Source: Octopus bimaculoides (lineage: Eukaryota). Taken from it: 64,000 nucleotides of DNA. The DNA lies in the NCBI RefSeq assembly GCF_001194135.2, contig NC_068983.1, positions 102,806,692-102,870,691 on the forward strand, read 5' to 3'. Positions 41,841 through 55,052 of the stretch are shown one piece after another (positions within the stretch are counted from its first letter, which is position 1; each line of letters begins with the position of its first letter). Position numbers and translations under genes: made by a program. The notes below the pieces were generated by a model that was not told the DNA's origin, did no database searches, and worked only from the letters and a program-made list of their open reading frames with translations.

Positions 41841-42218
41841 ACTGCCATATTTTTGTGTTTTTTAACACTGTACATTAAGAAGAGATACTATCTCAGGACG
41901 AATAGTGCAGTTAATTAGGTTTTCAAACAGCCTACTAGTGTATTTGAGAGTGAAATATTCATGTTTTTTTTAACGACGAACGAGGTAAAACAAACATTCA
42001 CAAAAATGAAACATAAACCTTATTTTTTCTTGCGCTGCATATGTAAATTCGCTGTTTTTTAGTTCGTTTCTCCACATAAAATACTTGAAAATCATTTTGA
42101 TGCAAGGATAGCATATGACTAACGGGGTGATAGAGAAACATGCTTCCTATAATATAGATTCTCAATGAACATGGTACATAAGAAAGCATATCCGATATTC
42201 CTATGGGGGCAAGGAACG

Positions 42219-42262
42219 GCAACGGACAAGTATTTCTGCCTCAAAGGCATCATCAGCATAGC
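42219..42262 (-). ncRNA. Minimal type-I hammerhead ribozyme motif (sense to the ELAPOR pre-mRNA)
   Basis: Minus strand reads GCTATG-CTGATGA-TGCCT(TTG)AGGCA-GAAA-TACTTG-TC-CGTTGC. Core intact, stem II 5 bp, GUC triplet, stem I with 5 of 6 pairs (one G.U). Stem III is weak. Confidence 0.55.
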
Positions 42263-42275
42263 AATGTCTTTCTTG

Positions 42276-42306
<31 letters not shown>

Positions 42307-43913
42307 NNNNNNNNNNNNNNNNNNNNNNNNNNNNNNNNNNNNNNNNNNNNNNNNNNNNNNNNNNNNNNNNNNNNNNNNNNNNNNNNNNNNNNNNNNNNNN
42401 NNNNNNNNNNNNNNNNNNNNNNNNNNNNNNNNNNNNNNNNNNNNNNNNNNNNNNNNNNNNNNNNNNNNNNNNNNNNNNNNNNNNNNNNNNNNNNNNNNNN
42501 NNNNNNNNNNNNNNNNNNNNNNNNNNNNNNNNNNNNNNNNNNNNNNNNNNNNNNNNNNNNNNNNNNNNNNNNNNNNNNNNNNNNNNNNNNNNNNNNNNNN
42601 NNNNNNNNNNNNNNNNNNNNNNNNNNNNNNNNNNNNNNNNNNNNNNNNNNNNNNNNNNNNNNNNNNNNNNNNNNNNNNNNNNNNNNNNNNNNNNNNNNNN
42701 NNNNNNNNNNNNNNNNNNNNNNNNNNNNNNNNNNNNNNNNNNNNNNNNNNNNNNNNNNNNNNNNNNNNNNNNNNNNNNNNNNNNNNNNNNNNNNNNNNNN
42801 NNNNNNNNNNNNNNNNNNNNNNNNNNNNNNNNNNNNNNNNNNNNNNNNNNNNNNNNNNNNNNNNNNNNNNNNNNNNNNNNNNNNNNNNNNNNNNNNNNNN
42901 NNNNNNNNNNNNNNNNNNNNNNNNNNNNNNNNNNNNNNNNNNNNNNNNNNNNNNNNNNNNNNNNNNNNNNNNNNNNNNNNNNNNNNNNNNNNNNNNNNNN
43001 NNNNNNNNNNNNNNNNNNNNNNNNNNNNNNNNNNNNNNNNNNNNNNNNNNNNNNNNNNNNNNNNNNNNNNNTATATTGTTTATATAATAAATTACGCTGT
43101 GCGTATCTATGTGTGTAACAATTTTAGAGTTCGGATTCTAGAGTTAGGGTTAGTTTTAGGGTTAGGGTTAACAGTCTAGTTAGGGTTAGGGGATTAATAC
43201 GATATACACCGTTACAGCGCTAACTGTTTTCAACTGAATAGACGTCAGTGATTAGTAGAAATTATCGAAATAAGACAATTTTTTACATGAAATAAATTCG
43301 AATACAAAAATTTTTTTCTGTTCTATAACACAAAATAGATAAGTATACGAAGTTTGAAAGTCTTTCGGTACCAAAAACACTACATAAAACATAAATGAAA
43401 ACTGGTGCCCCCGTTTTGAAATAGATCCCAGCTTTCCTCTTCACAGCCAGAAAATACATCAACCTCAACAACTACTAACTCTTCTCCAAAGATCGGATTA
43501 CACATGCTCCATTGTTCATGCTGTATTTTGAGTCAAAGTATTATTTTGCACGCCACTAAAACTTGACAACCATGAGAATTTAACTCTCAAATAGGCACAA
43601 CAGGGTGTGTTGTGAAAGGAAAGATATAAGGATGAAGAGACTGGACGAAAACAGAAAAGGGTAACGAAAACAGTGACAGATTTACTAAAATCTTCAATCA
43701 GAAAAGCAATTAATCCTACTATAAACTTATTTCGATTTATTGAATGTAGTTCTTTTTGGGAGATGTTGCTGATACACACAAACATATTACACTGCATTCA
43801 AAGAAATATCACTTCACTGCTTGGCAGGAAGACGCTTACAGATACACCAAACACTAGCTCACAAACGTGCTGTCCGTATTTCTGCCATACCTACCACTGT
43901 TACTGTAGCTTCT

Positions 43914-44078
43914 TGTTTCTTCATTGACTACAAGGGGCTAAACATAGAGGGGACAAACAAGGACAAACAAAGGGATTAAGTCGTTTACTTCGACCTCGGC
44001 GGAATTTGAACTCAGAACGTAACGGCAGACGAAATACCGCAAAGCATTTCGCCTGGCGTGCTAACAATTGTGCCAGCC
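43914..44078 (-). mobile_element. SINE family B copy with a 15-bp TSD
   Basis: GTTACTGTAGCTTCT at 43899-43913 and 44079-44093. Confidence 0.9.
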
Positions 44079-46174
44079 GTTACTGTAGCTTCTACCCCTC
44101 GGAGATGGTTTGTCTTGAGCCATCCCTACTCAAATACTCCCGATTCATTCATCTCTTCTCTTTTCAACATGTATACTGTATCCACCATTCCAGTCTTTCG
44201 TTCCTTTCCTGAACGTCGACCTTACGGAATTTCGTCGTTTTTTTTGGGTTTTTTTCCACAACAGCCGTTGATTTGCAGCTGTTCACGAAGTACGAGGACA
44301 GCAATATTCTTAGAAGGCCTGTGTATATTTATATACACTGTGTATATTTATATACACTGTTCGATGCTACGCTATTCGTTAGAATCTAGTGAGGACAACA
44401 TGATTTCACCTTATGGATTTCAAAAAGAAAAATCGTGTTGTTCCATACACCTAAGATATTGTAAGACTTTATTATACATAATTTACATGGTTATACACCA
44501 ATAATTGTTCATCATCCGAAACAGCTGTAAAGATAAGGCTTTTGCTTATTTGTATTCACAATCTTCAATGCAAATACATTCCGCAAACCTTCTAAGCGCA
44601 TGTGTGCGTGCGTGCGCGCGCAATCCTTAATCGTTAATGCGACAAAATATATTGTTTTGCCTATGGCTCTTCGATTATGGATTAAATATTTTATTCACTA
44701 TCAGAATTATTTTTGAGGTCTTAATTCTAAGTAGCCAGACAACGCTTCTTTTGAACTTGTCACCTCCTGTTGTAACATACATTTCACGTAAATATTTGAA
44801 TACATAATAGCCATGCATGGAAGACGGACGTTAAACGATGATGATGATGATGATTACAGATATAAATGCAGATATAAATGCTGACATACACATGCTCATA
44901 AAAAAAAAGATAAATACATAAGAATCATAGATGGACACAGAGTAAGCACCTCATTCATTATCACTAATGATAGCCAACGATGACAATCTTCCTCAGCAAT
45001 AACTTATGCAAAAAAAACAAAAAAAAAAGAGAGAGAGAAATACAAGTTGATTAAATGAAACCTTAGTACGAATAGTTGTCAATGACAGGCGAAGAAAATA
45101 TTCCGTAACTAGAATTACGAGAAAAGCTTGACTGGACGAGTAATAATAATAATAATAATAATAATAATGATAATACACGTTTAGGAAAATGTGGGTGTCG
45201 TTTCACGGCGAAAACAGATTAAGTTGCAAATAATTGCGACAAGCCCAACCATAAAACTAACTATTGCAGAACTGCTGCAAATGTCATCGTAGTGAATTAA
45301 TAAGACGCATCGACAATGATGACAGCGGTGATGGTTGGTGGTGTCGATTGCTTTGGCAATTGCAACAAAATAATCCTTTAATATTTATTAGTTTTGAAAC
45401 CTTACAATAATGATTGCGAGTGGGGAAGAATGGAGATGAATGAAGACTGACGTTAAAGATCCAGTAGACATGTGAAACAGAGTTCAAGCACTAGGTTCAC
45501 GGCGAATATACATATACCAAACTGAGGCTTGATAATGTCTATGTTGTTTAGACACAGTTCATCATTGATGATGAAAGCCTATTATAAAATGCTTCCAATG
45601 CTAAAATTCCAGTCTCTTTTTCAGGCTCAACGTATCTATTTTTTAAAGACTGAAGGTGATTTAACAACTACTTCAGTTACATAAAGATTTACTTCGTTGT
45701 TATTGATGATGAAAATATCTCTTTCTTCTATAGGCACAAGGCCTGAAATTTAGAAGTGGGAGGAGGTTAGTCGATTACGTCGACCCTAGTACTCAACTAG
45801 TACTTATTTCTATCGGTCCCGAAAGGTGGAAAAACAAAGTCGACCTTGTTGAGATTTGAAATCAATGTAAAGAGCCAGACCAAATACTGCAAAACATTTT
45901 TTTTCCGGACACTCTAAAGATTCCAATAATATGCACTGTAATAATGGTTCCAAATTTTGGTACAAGGCTAGCAATTTCGGGGGAGGGGTATGTCAAATAT
46001 ATCTGCTCTGCTGGTACTTATTTTATCAACCTCGAAAAGATGAAAGGCAAAGTCGACCTCGGCAAAATTTGAACACAGAATGTGAAGACGGACGAAATGC
46101 CGCTGCGGATTTTGCCAGCTCACCATCTTAATAACAACAACAACAACAATAATAATAATAATAATAATAATACC

Positions 46175-46760
46175 AGGCAGTAGCTGTCAATGCAGTGATA
46201 CAGTAACAGGTAGTGGCTGTCATGGCTTTGGATCTTAACTTATTGTGAGTGTTATCATGTACCTTGTTTTGTCTTGGTATAAAAGATGGGCTACAGCAAA
46301 TATTCTGCTCATTACCACAGATTTGCTAGTCAGATATTTGACCTTAACCAGTTGAACATGTCCCTTAATGGCTAACAGTATGTGCATCTCATATCACGTG
46401 CAGAAGTAGTGGGGAAGCATCATAGCCATGTGTTGAGAGGAAGTCTTTGAGATTTGAATAATTCACCTCTGGAAACATGGGTGTTTTGTTCAACATCCTT
46501 AAACAAACCTTATTCAGGGACCTTTACGTGGGATGGGCTACTCGAGCTGAAATTCTAACTGGGCCCCATCTGCAAGGTCATGCGTTGTTTATCTTGATAT
46601 GAGATCACCATGTCGCGCACATATGGTTGTGATGCATGCGCCTGGTGTACCCTTATCAGACGGGTAGTCATGGTGGGTATACTGGGCTTCGTATATTTTA
46701 CCCGTGTCACATTGATGGCATGCACTGCTCTCTCGCTCGATAATAATAGTAATAATAATA
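46175..46760 (+). mobile_element. Unclassified retroelement 3' region with (AAT)n tail
   Basis: GC-richer block bounded by (AAT)n tracts; no recognisable ORF. Confidence 0.35.
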
Positions 46761-47226
46761 ACAATGTTTCTAGCATAAGCACAAGTCCTAAAATTCGAAA
46801 TTAGGGGAGAAGGAACTACTGGATTAAATCGACCTCAGTACTTGACTGGGACTTTATTTTATCGGTCCCGGGTGGATGAAAGGTAAATTTGACCTCGACG
46901 AGGTTTGAACTCAGAATTTAAAGGGCCAAGAAATGTCGCAAAGCACTTTGTCTAACGATTCTGCCAATCCAATAAAAATTAAAATTTACTTCAAGAGCGA
47001 TGAAGAGATATTACAGGAATAAATTACGAAAGAACGTTGGAGTTTACATGGAATCGATTAGGAAAAGGAAAACAGGCATGGAATGAGACATTTCAATGCA
47101 GATACAGCCACCTATACTACTAATCAAGAAATCATAATGATATAGAATTAAGTTGCAGATACACGCTGATAGAAGCTCCCTCCACACCATTCTACCCAAC
47201 CTTTCTACAAATTCCCGGGAAATCAG

Positions 47227-47274
<48 letters not shown>

Positions 47275-47464
47275 CCTTACCTTTCTTTCCAAGTGAAAAT
47301 TTAACGAAAAGAAAAGCGTTTAACTTCACTCTTTTCAATCTTGTCCACCATTGCTAGCAAGTAGACATAACTGTTCCAAAATTCGTTTGATCTTCACGAT
47401 GAATTTGGCCGATATTTAGATCCGTTTCATATACGACAACAGTTTTTTTTTTTTAGCATATTTT

Positions 47465-48405
47465 CACAATTCAGCAACATTTGGAAGAATGCATGCAGAA
47501 AGTTTCGTTGCCCTGTGCGTATGTTGGACAGGCCCGGCTGACAGTGTTACCGGATCCATAAGGTTTGTCCCAAATTACTAACTCTCTACTATCTTCGGAG
47601 CATTGCTGGACCAGTGATTTCAAGAAGTAGTCCATAGTTCTCAACCAGAAAGTTCTCGGTTGATCATCATCAACACACAGAATCTCCTTGAGAATGTCAC
47701 CGCTCTTACCCACTGCCAGTCTTCAATGGTTGGTACACCACCGACTGTACTGCCTGAATAGCAGACAAATGTGAGCGTGTGACAACATTCCAGATACCAG
47801 GTATCCAGGGTTCTTGATAACTGCAAGACCCAGGGCTGTAACTCAGTGAAAGAGTTGAACTGTGGGAAAACGAGTCTGACAATTGGCGAACATTCCTACT
47901 GATTGTCCAAGAATCTCAGATGATGACGTTGCCACGGTACATGCCCGCACATCATCAGCCACAGTTTATCGAGCTATCCGTGCAGAAGACGTTAGCGGCA
48001 GATGAGCTTTTTGATCATTGGAACGGCCTTCTTTACACAAGAGAGCCTAGGGGCAGACCTTCCATTCTGGTCAGATGAAAATCGGGAAAAGGCACGACAG
48101 TCAGATCGTAATAAATGATGGAAGCGATGTATACGTTCACCATTTCAACCCAACTTTTCGGGGACAGCTTCTTCTCAGTTTATTTCTGGATGAGACTGTC
48201 TACTTTGTAAATAATTTCGTCCCGGCTCCTATCGATCTGGAGGTTTTGCTTGAACTAGGTCTCAATTATTTTAACATGACTATGGATCCAACAAGGCACG
48301 ATGCTGATCGACGTAAACTTGCATCTCCAATTGTCAGGTTACAAGCCAACTGACTTGTCCTAGTTAATGATACTCCTGTCACCATCTTGTATGCCTTCAA
48401 TAATA
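47465..48405 (-). mobile_element. L1/Tx1-clade LINE fragment (post-RT region)
   Basis: Minus strand: DEII.KVDSLIQK*TEKKLS.KS.VEMVNVYIASIIYY.LTVVP.PD.HLT, with many stops. Confidence 0.75.
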
Positions 48406-51400
48406 ATAATAATTTCTAACATAGGTACACGGCAAAGATTTGGGGAAAGTAAAACAGTCGATTTCAATGGTATTTTATTAATCAATTTCTGAAGGAAGAA
48501 TAGTAAAGTTAACCTCAATTGGATTTGAATATGAAAGGTGAAGCACGGGTAGAAACACTACAGCAAAATATTTTGTCCGACGCTTTTCTGATTCTATCAG
48601 ATACTGCCATCATAATAATTTCTAACGGTAAAGCAGGACCACAAATTTGGGAGAAGGTGAATATCTTCATAAAAAAAAAAGACAACCATACTCAAAGAGA
48701 GCTGATACACAGTACACATAAAATAATACTACAAATAACACTAGAAAGCTAGAATTTTAATGTAAAAATTGTTGATATCTGAGGTATGTCTTAAATTTTC
48801 CTTAAAATTCATCAGACGTGTTACATTTCACAGTGCAGGAATGAGCTGAGCAGTTCAAAACCAGTAAGCAGCAGCGACTTATCATTCATCGTCCGTGAAA
48901 TAAGAAAATATATTCAAAGGACAATCAGAGTTTGGTGACGGGCAATGTCTAATGTTAGTGGGGCAAAGGGACAGAATTTATGTAATATCCTACAAGGCCC
49001 ATTGTCAATGGCTTTATAGCTTCAGCAAGTTAAAACAAAATTACTTGCAATAAGAAGAGTAAGTAACTGTAGTTTGACATAATCAGCAGATATAAGGGGT
49101 TCACCTTATAAGTTTCTCCAGGCAATCTTCTTGAGAGAAATTTACTGTTGAATAAGTTTTGACTCTTCGCGGAACGTGGATGATATGTCGCGTTGCTTTT
49201 TGGTTCTAAACTGCTCAGCTGCATTCCTGCTCCGTGGAATATAACACTCCAGGTGAATTTTAAGAATAATTCAAGGCATACCTCAAGCTAATGGAGCATA
49301 CTAAGAGTGAGAGAGAATAAAGCTGTTGTATATTTATAAAGCTCAGTTTCATCAGGCAGGTAATACGGTAGTCGTAGCAAAAACAGGGGAGATGAAACCA
49401 TCTTACATATATAATCAACTTGGTGGTTAAATCTGAGAGTAGTAGTAAGCCAAAATCCCAAGTCGGACGACCCAAAATTCGTTTGATTGCATTCTATTTG
49501 ATTTAGAAAAGAATAAACCAACGGTTTTGATGGAGTAAGGGTCTTAAAGTGTACGCTCCAAGTACATGTGCAATCTGTTAGACGCTATAAGTCATAGTTC
49601 TGTTTCAGTGCGAGAGCACCAGTAGAGGAACCGAAAGCGTCAACACAGAATAATCCTTTCCGGTTAGTGCTGGACGAAAGCAACGTATCAGGGCCAAGAA
49701 GGGTATTGCTAACATCATTAACCCTTTTGCCTCTCCTGTGTATCACATGTTTGAGATACGGAACGTATTTCCCCAGTGTCTATGCATCACATATGACACA
49801 TTCCCTTTTTTTTTTTTAAACCACCAATTACTTGAGACTAATGAAAAGAAGGTTTTATATTACTCAGAACGTATGAAACAAGAGCTAACTAAATGTCTGA
49901 AAATAAGCATGAACATTTAGGACAAACTTATGAAAATTCCTTGGACAAGTAAAGTTTAATAAGAAATATAGTTGAAGCAATCATACACCCCTGAGTAAAC
50001 CAATTGTAACGGTACATAAATCAGGAAAAGGCATTGCTAACCTTTTTAGTTCTTCTATAAAGTTACCTCACACTCTAAAGAGGATTACGTAAGCTATAAG
50101 GACTTGTCAGGTTACTATATGTTATCGAACTGGGAAGGATGAAAGACAAAGTTGGTCCCAACGGCATTCTAACACAGCGCGATAAGGGTCTCTCTGACCA
50201 TTTTCTACTAATAATGACAGTGACGATGACACTCGAAATGAATTGATGATCAGGCACGAATCTCACACACGATAGAATCAAATAACTTTAACTTATGGAC
50301 ATCTCACGTCTTGACACGTGAACTGAGCAAGTGACACAGGGTTAGGTAAATGTTGTACGTTTGTTTGGCAGTATACAAGATTTATGTTAAGTACTGAGAA
50401 CATGAAATACTGCTGAATCGACAGTTAACCAGTAAACTGATTTGAAGAAAACCTAACTGAATAGAATCAAGCAACACAACTGAAATAATGTTAAGCTTCT
50501 CTCTCTCTCTCTCCCATGTCATAATCCCTTCATCTGTCCTGGACAATTCGTTTCTTACCGTATCGTTACATTTATGTAGTGTCAGAATAGGTTGGTGGTG
50601 CCCTAACTTAGTACAAAAGGTGCTGCCTTCTCACTTAGAATGTTAAAACATAAGAATTATTATAAGAGCATTTACAATAAATCCTAATGAAATGCAGATA
50701 AGTATGTGTGTGTGTGTATATAGATATACACACACACACATATTAAACGAAGTTATTAAACCGTATTCCTGTGTTTGTTTTTTGCTTTTCTTTTTGTACA
50801 TTATGCAATTAGACATCAAGTACTCCCTGAATAAAACACCCACCGAATCCAATAATAAATTCACTCGGTAGATGCACACAATTTCTTTCTTACATGCACA
50901 ATAAAACATCATATTGCACGTAGAAGGAGAAATGGAAGTTATAGCAGTCATACCTTTCCGAATCTTGTAGGCAACGTTGGTAAATATAATTCTAAATGGA
51001 GAACTGATACGGTTAGCTAGTAACAGCAGCTAAATTCTCTTGCATCCATCACAAAGTAGAAGATTTTTTCCCCCTTTTTCCCCACCTTTTTCTATCTTCT
51101 GTATTTATGTGCTTCATACAACAGTATGATTCTGGAAACAGTTCTTTCCATCCCCACCCAAAATCCTTCAAATTTTTTATTTCTTACATTATTGCTTTCC
51201 CACCTCCGTAAGCTTTTCCTTTACCATGAGATATGGGACATCTATTCCGAACCTCTAAGTTTAAATACATGGTTATTTATCAGTTCAAATAAGAAAACCA
51301 TTCACTGTGTGTCTTACGGGTTCGAATATGTACCAAGCATAACTAAACTGGTAATAACCTTGTTTTTATACACATCCCTGCTTAGCACTGCCACCCCGTT

Positions 51401-53405
51401 ATCTGGATTTANNNNNNNNNNNNNNNNNNNNNNNNNNNNNNNNNNNNNNNNNNNNNNNNNNNNNNNNNNNNNNNNNNNNNNNNNNNNNNNNNNNNNNNNN
51501 NNNNNNNNNNNNNNNNNNNNNNNNNNNNNNNNNNNNNNNNNNNNNNNNNNNNNNNNNNNNNNNNNNNNNNNNNNNNNNNNNNNNNNNNNNNNNNNNNNNN
51601 NNNNNNNNNNNNNNNNNNNNNNNNNNNNNNNNNNNNNNNNNNNNNNNNNNNNNNNNNNNNNNNNNNNNNNNNNNNNNNNNNNNNTAAACTATTATAAATG
51701 TCATTAAAGTGTGTGTGCATGCGTGCGCGCGAGAGTGAGTGATCCTAATTCATAGTGCGGGATAAGCTGATGGTACCGACCACCAACATGCCACTACACA
51801 AATACGACCCGAAGCGAATCGCCAAAGAGAAAAACCACTAAGCAGTCGTACAACATGCTAGAAATAGCAGTCAAATTTCTCTCCAATCACACCCTGCCGT
51901 CTTGATAAATAATAATCATAGCAACGACACATTGCAGAATATGATCTTATAATCATATACAAAAAAAAAAAAAAAAGACAGTAGGATCGCAGCTGGAATA
52001 TCTCTGTTCGATCAGAGATGATCTGCCTTTAAACAACATCAACACAGCCTGCGACAGAAGAGGATAGCAGAGAAAGTAAGACTTAAACACCCACACATAA
52101 CACAGAGACGAACGACATTGATATACTCCTGTTGATAGAGGGATGTCTCTCTGCAATTAGTATTGCTTGAAGGTGTGGAAAGATTCTGCTGCATATATCG
52201 ATATAAACATTGATTTGTAGGCGAGTATATATATATATATGTGTGTGTGTGATGTGTGTGTATTAATTATTTGTTTTGTTTTTCTTTTATTGATGCGTAT
52301 TTATCACCTGGCAATATATAACAGATAATATACACACACATACGCGCGCGCATATATACATATCTTAGAGATAGATAAATGATTTTATATATGCGTATAT
52401 AAGTTTTGATAACTGGTTGTTAGTATCGCTATGCCTGAACGAAATCATTTCATACACGCACACACACACACACACACATATATATATACATATATATATA
52501 TATNNNNNNNNNNNNNNNNNNNNNNNNNNNNNNNNNNNNNNNNNNNNNNNNNNNNNNNNNNNNNNNNNNNNNNNNNNNNNNNNNNNNNNNNNNNNNNNNN
52601 NNNNNNNNNNNNNNNNNNNNNNNNNNNNNNNNNNNNNNNNNNNNNNNNNNNNNNNNNNNNNNNNNNNNNNNNNNNNNNNNNNNNNNNNNNNNNNNNNNNN
52701 NNNNNNNNNNNNNNNNNNNNNNNNNNNNNNNNNNNNNNNNNNNNNNNNNNNNNNNNNNNNNNNNNNNNNNNNNNNNNNNNNNNNNNNNNNNNNNNNNNNN
52801 NNNNNNNNNNNNNNNNNNNNNNNNNNNNNNNNNNNNNNNNNNNNNNNNNNNNNNNNNNNNNNNNNNNNNNNNNNNNNNNNNNNNNNNNNNNNNNNNNNNN
52901 NNNNNNNNNNTATATGTGTGTGTGTGTGTGTATACACGTGTGTGTGTATGCTCTAAGTTACTGTTTTACTCGTTTCACCCAAAAGGCTGCGGTCATGATG
53001 GAGCAGCACCATATGAACTATTTGTATACAGCCCTGTGTATTAATGTAAATCTGAATATATGTGTGTGGGTGCACGGGCCATACAAGCGCGTACACATGT
53101 GTGTGTGAGTATACACACACGTGTGTGTGTGTGCGTGTGTGTATATATTTATTTATTTATGTGTTTCAGCCAAGTGGCTGCGGTCATGCTGGTGCATCGG
53201 AAACTCGGAGTTTTATCATGGCTACTGAATAAGTGTCACATATTTTTACACATATATATATGCACACACACACAGAAGTAATTGTAGTACAACAGCCAAC
53301 GACAACTAAATCCGACTCACCTACTAAAATTGTCGTCGTTGTAACAGTGAAGCGATGAATGAATGAAGAAGATAAAGCAAGAGTTGACAAGGTTTTTGTA
53401 CTTAC

Positions 53406-53738
53406 CGGCCGACATTCCGGCAAACTGTTCGCCCAGGCTGACAGACGCCTGGACCAAGGACCTTCAGCATAGAAAAGGAAAAAAAGCGTGCAAAACAATA
53501 ACAAATTCCTCAGGCGATTCGGATGACTGGTTACTGCCGAAAATACAACCACAGACGACGATAGTGAGGCTGCTGTTGCTTCTGATTGTGCTAATGATTG
53601 CGATGACATTAATGATGACGGTAATGATGATGACGATGATGATTGTGATAATAATAATGACGATGACGATGGTGATGATGATGATGACGCTGATGACGAT
53701 GAGGATGATGCAGGTTTTGATGATGATGATGACACCAT
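53406..53738 (-). CDS. ELAPOR2: ELAPOR1/2 (KIAA1324-like, UPF0577) homologue, coding exon 1: Ser-rich leader, signal-peptide-like hydrophobic stretch, ends ...WANSLPECRP
   Basis: First ATG at 53738 (aatATGg) with an in-frame TAA upstream. Hydrophobic LLLFCTLFFLFYA stretch. Donor ccg|GTAAGT at 53405, phase 0. Joining to the next exon gives LPECRP-EDFHYEYTEC, matching the family N-terminus (human ELAPOR2 LPPCQEKDYHFEYTEC, from memory). An alternative ATG lies at 53609. The symbol is a family-level call; this is probably co-orthologous to ELAPOR1 and ELAPOR2. Confidence 0.85.
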
Positions 53739-54560
53739 ATTGGAAATTGTTTTTAGTTCACTGGTGTTGGGTGAGATCAATGAAGGCACCTTGCACACGG
53801 GAGCTTCTTATTATTAATATTAATAATTCCTTTCCCTGCCAGTTTTTGTTGTTTTTTTTTGTTTTTCTAATAGTATTTTTCCTCGAAACACGTCCTCAAG
53901 TCAGTGTGATTTATGTATAGATAGACAGACTGTGATGCTTCTTGTCTTGTTTTTTTCTTTTTCTTTTTTCTTTTTTATGTAGGAATGTTTTGCGGTAACG
54001 CCGTAGTAGCTTGAGAACTACGTTCAGTCTTCAAAAAGCCACGCATATTAACTGTAATAGAATATCATAAATGAAATGTTAAAAACAAATAGCAACAGTA
54101 ATTGCAACAACTGCTAAAATCCTTTGCTTTTTTTTCTCTTTTTTTCTGTTGTGTCGTGATATTTTTTTTCTTGTTTTTCCACTGCTATTCGTTACCACAG
54201 TAAATGTCGTTCGAAGGAAGACGATCTATCTCATTTCTATTGCAGTCACTACTAATTCTAGCTGAACATGTGAGAGAGAGAAGGAGTGTGGAGGAGAGGC
54301 AAAGGGAGAGAGAGGGGGGGAAAGAGAGTAAGAGCGCAGGAGAGAGAGATAATGTGAAAGAGAGAAGGTGGGAGAGAGAGAGAAAAAAGAGAGTGGGCAG
54401 AAGACAGGGAAGGGGAGAGAGAAAGAGAAAGAGAGAGAAACAGAGCTCTATCCAGCAGCAGCAGAGGCAAGCACATAAGCTACAACAAATTGATTATTGA
54501 TCAGCTGGACGAGAGCTCGCGAAGTATGCGTGCGGCACGCTTCGTCAGCGTTGGTTAGTG
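53739..54560 (-). promoter_or_regulatory. Probable 5' UTR and promoter region of the ELAPOR homologue
   Basis: Directly upstream of the start codon, relatively CpG-rich, with a long GA/CT tract (54270-54440) and a CG-rich palindromic cluster at ~54505-54550. The TSS cannot be located from sequence alone. Confidence 0.45.
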
Positions 54561-54978
54561 GTTTGTATCAAACCAAGACGATTTAGTTTCTCGCAGTTAG
54601 ACATTTCAACTTGTAAATGTTACAACAGCTCTATTTGCTTCTCGTGCATTTGGTGTTTCTTTGTTTTTTTTTCTTCATTATCCTTAACAGTTTGTGATTC
54701 TTTTTCTTCGTTGTCTTATTCTATCATCTGTTGATTTTTTTAAAAATATTTTAACAACCTTTTATATATCTTGTTTAACATAACATTTATTTTTAAAGGT
54801 GGAAAATTAAGTAAGCTTTGATAATGATGCGTTTTTTTTATAAGCTAAAGCTTTGTGGATAAAATTGAAGCGACTCCTACGGGAAATCAAAGCTGTTGTG
54901 ATCTGGGAGGGCTCGGAGCTTCTGTCTACTCTATAATACTCTTGTTATTGTTTGTTCATTTTTTTTTCTCTTTTCTAG

Positions 54979-55052
54979 GAGACGGAAATGAGATGAAATG
55001 ATGTGCATACCTTTCGTATGTGCATTATAGGCTTACATAAACATAAACTAAG
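54979..55052 (+). other. Possible non-coding (5' UTR) exon of a divergently transcribed gene
   Basis: Long polypyrimidine tract plus ttttctAG acceptor at 54978, aag|GTAAAT donor at 55053, and an upstream aa|GTAAGC donor at 54811. Only very short ATG-initiated ORFs inside. Confidence 0.3.

Noticed and set aside
53525-53816. Plus-strand poly-Asp open frame opposite exon 1
   Set aside because: It is the codon-aligned antisense mirror of the poly-Ser tract and has no ATG after the upstream stop.
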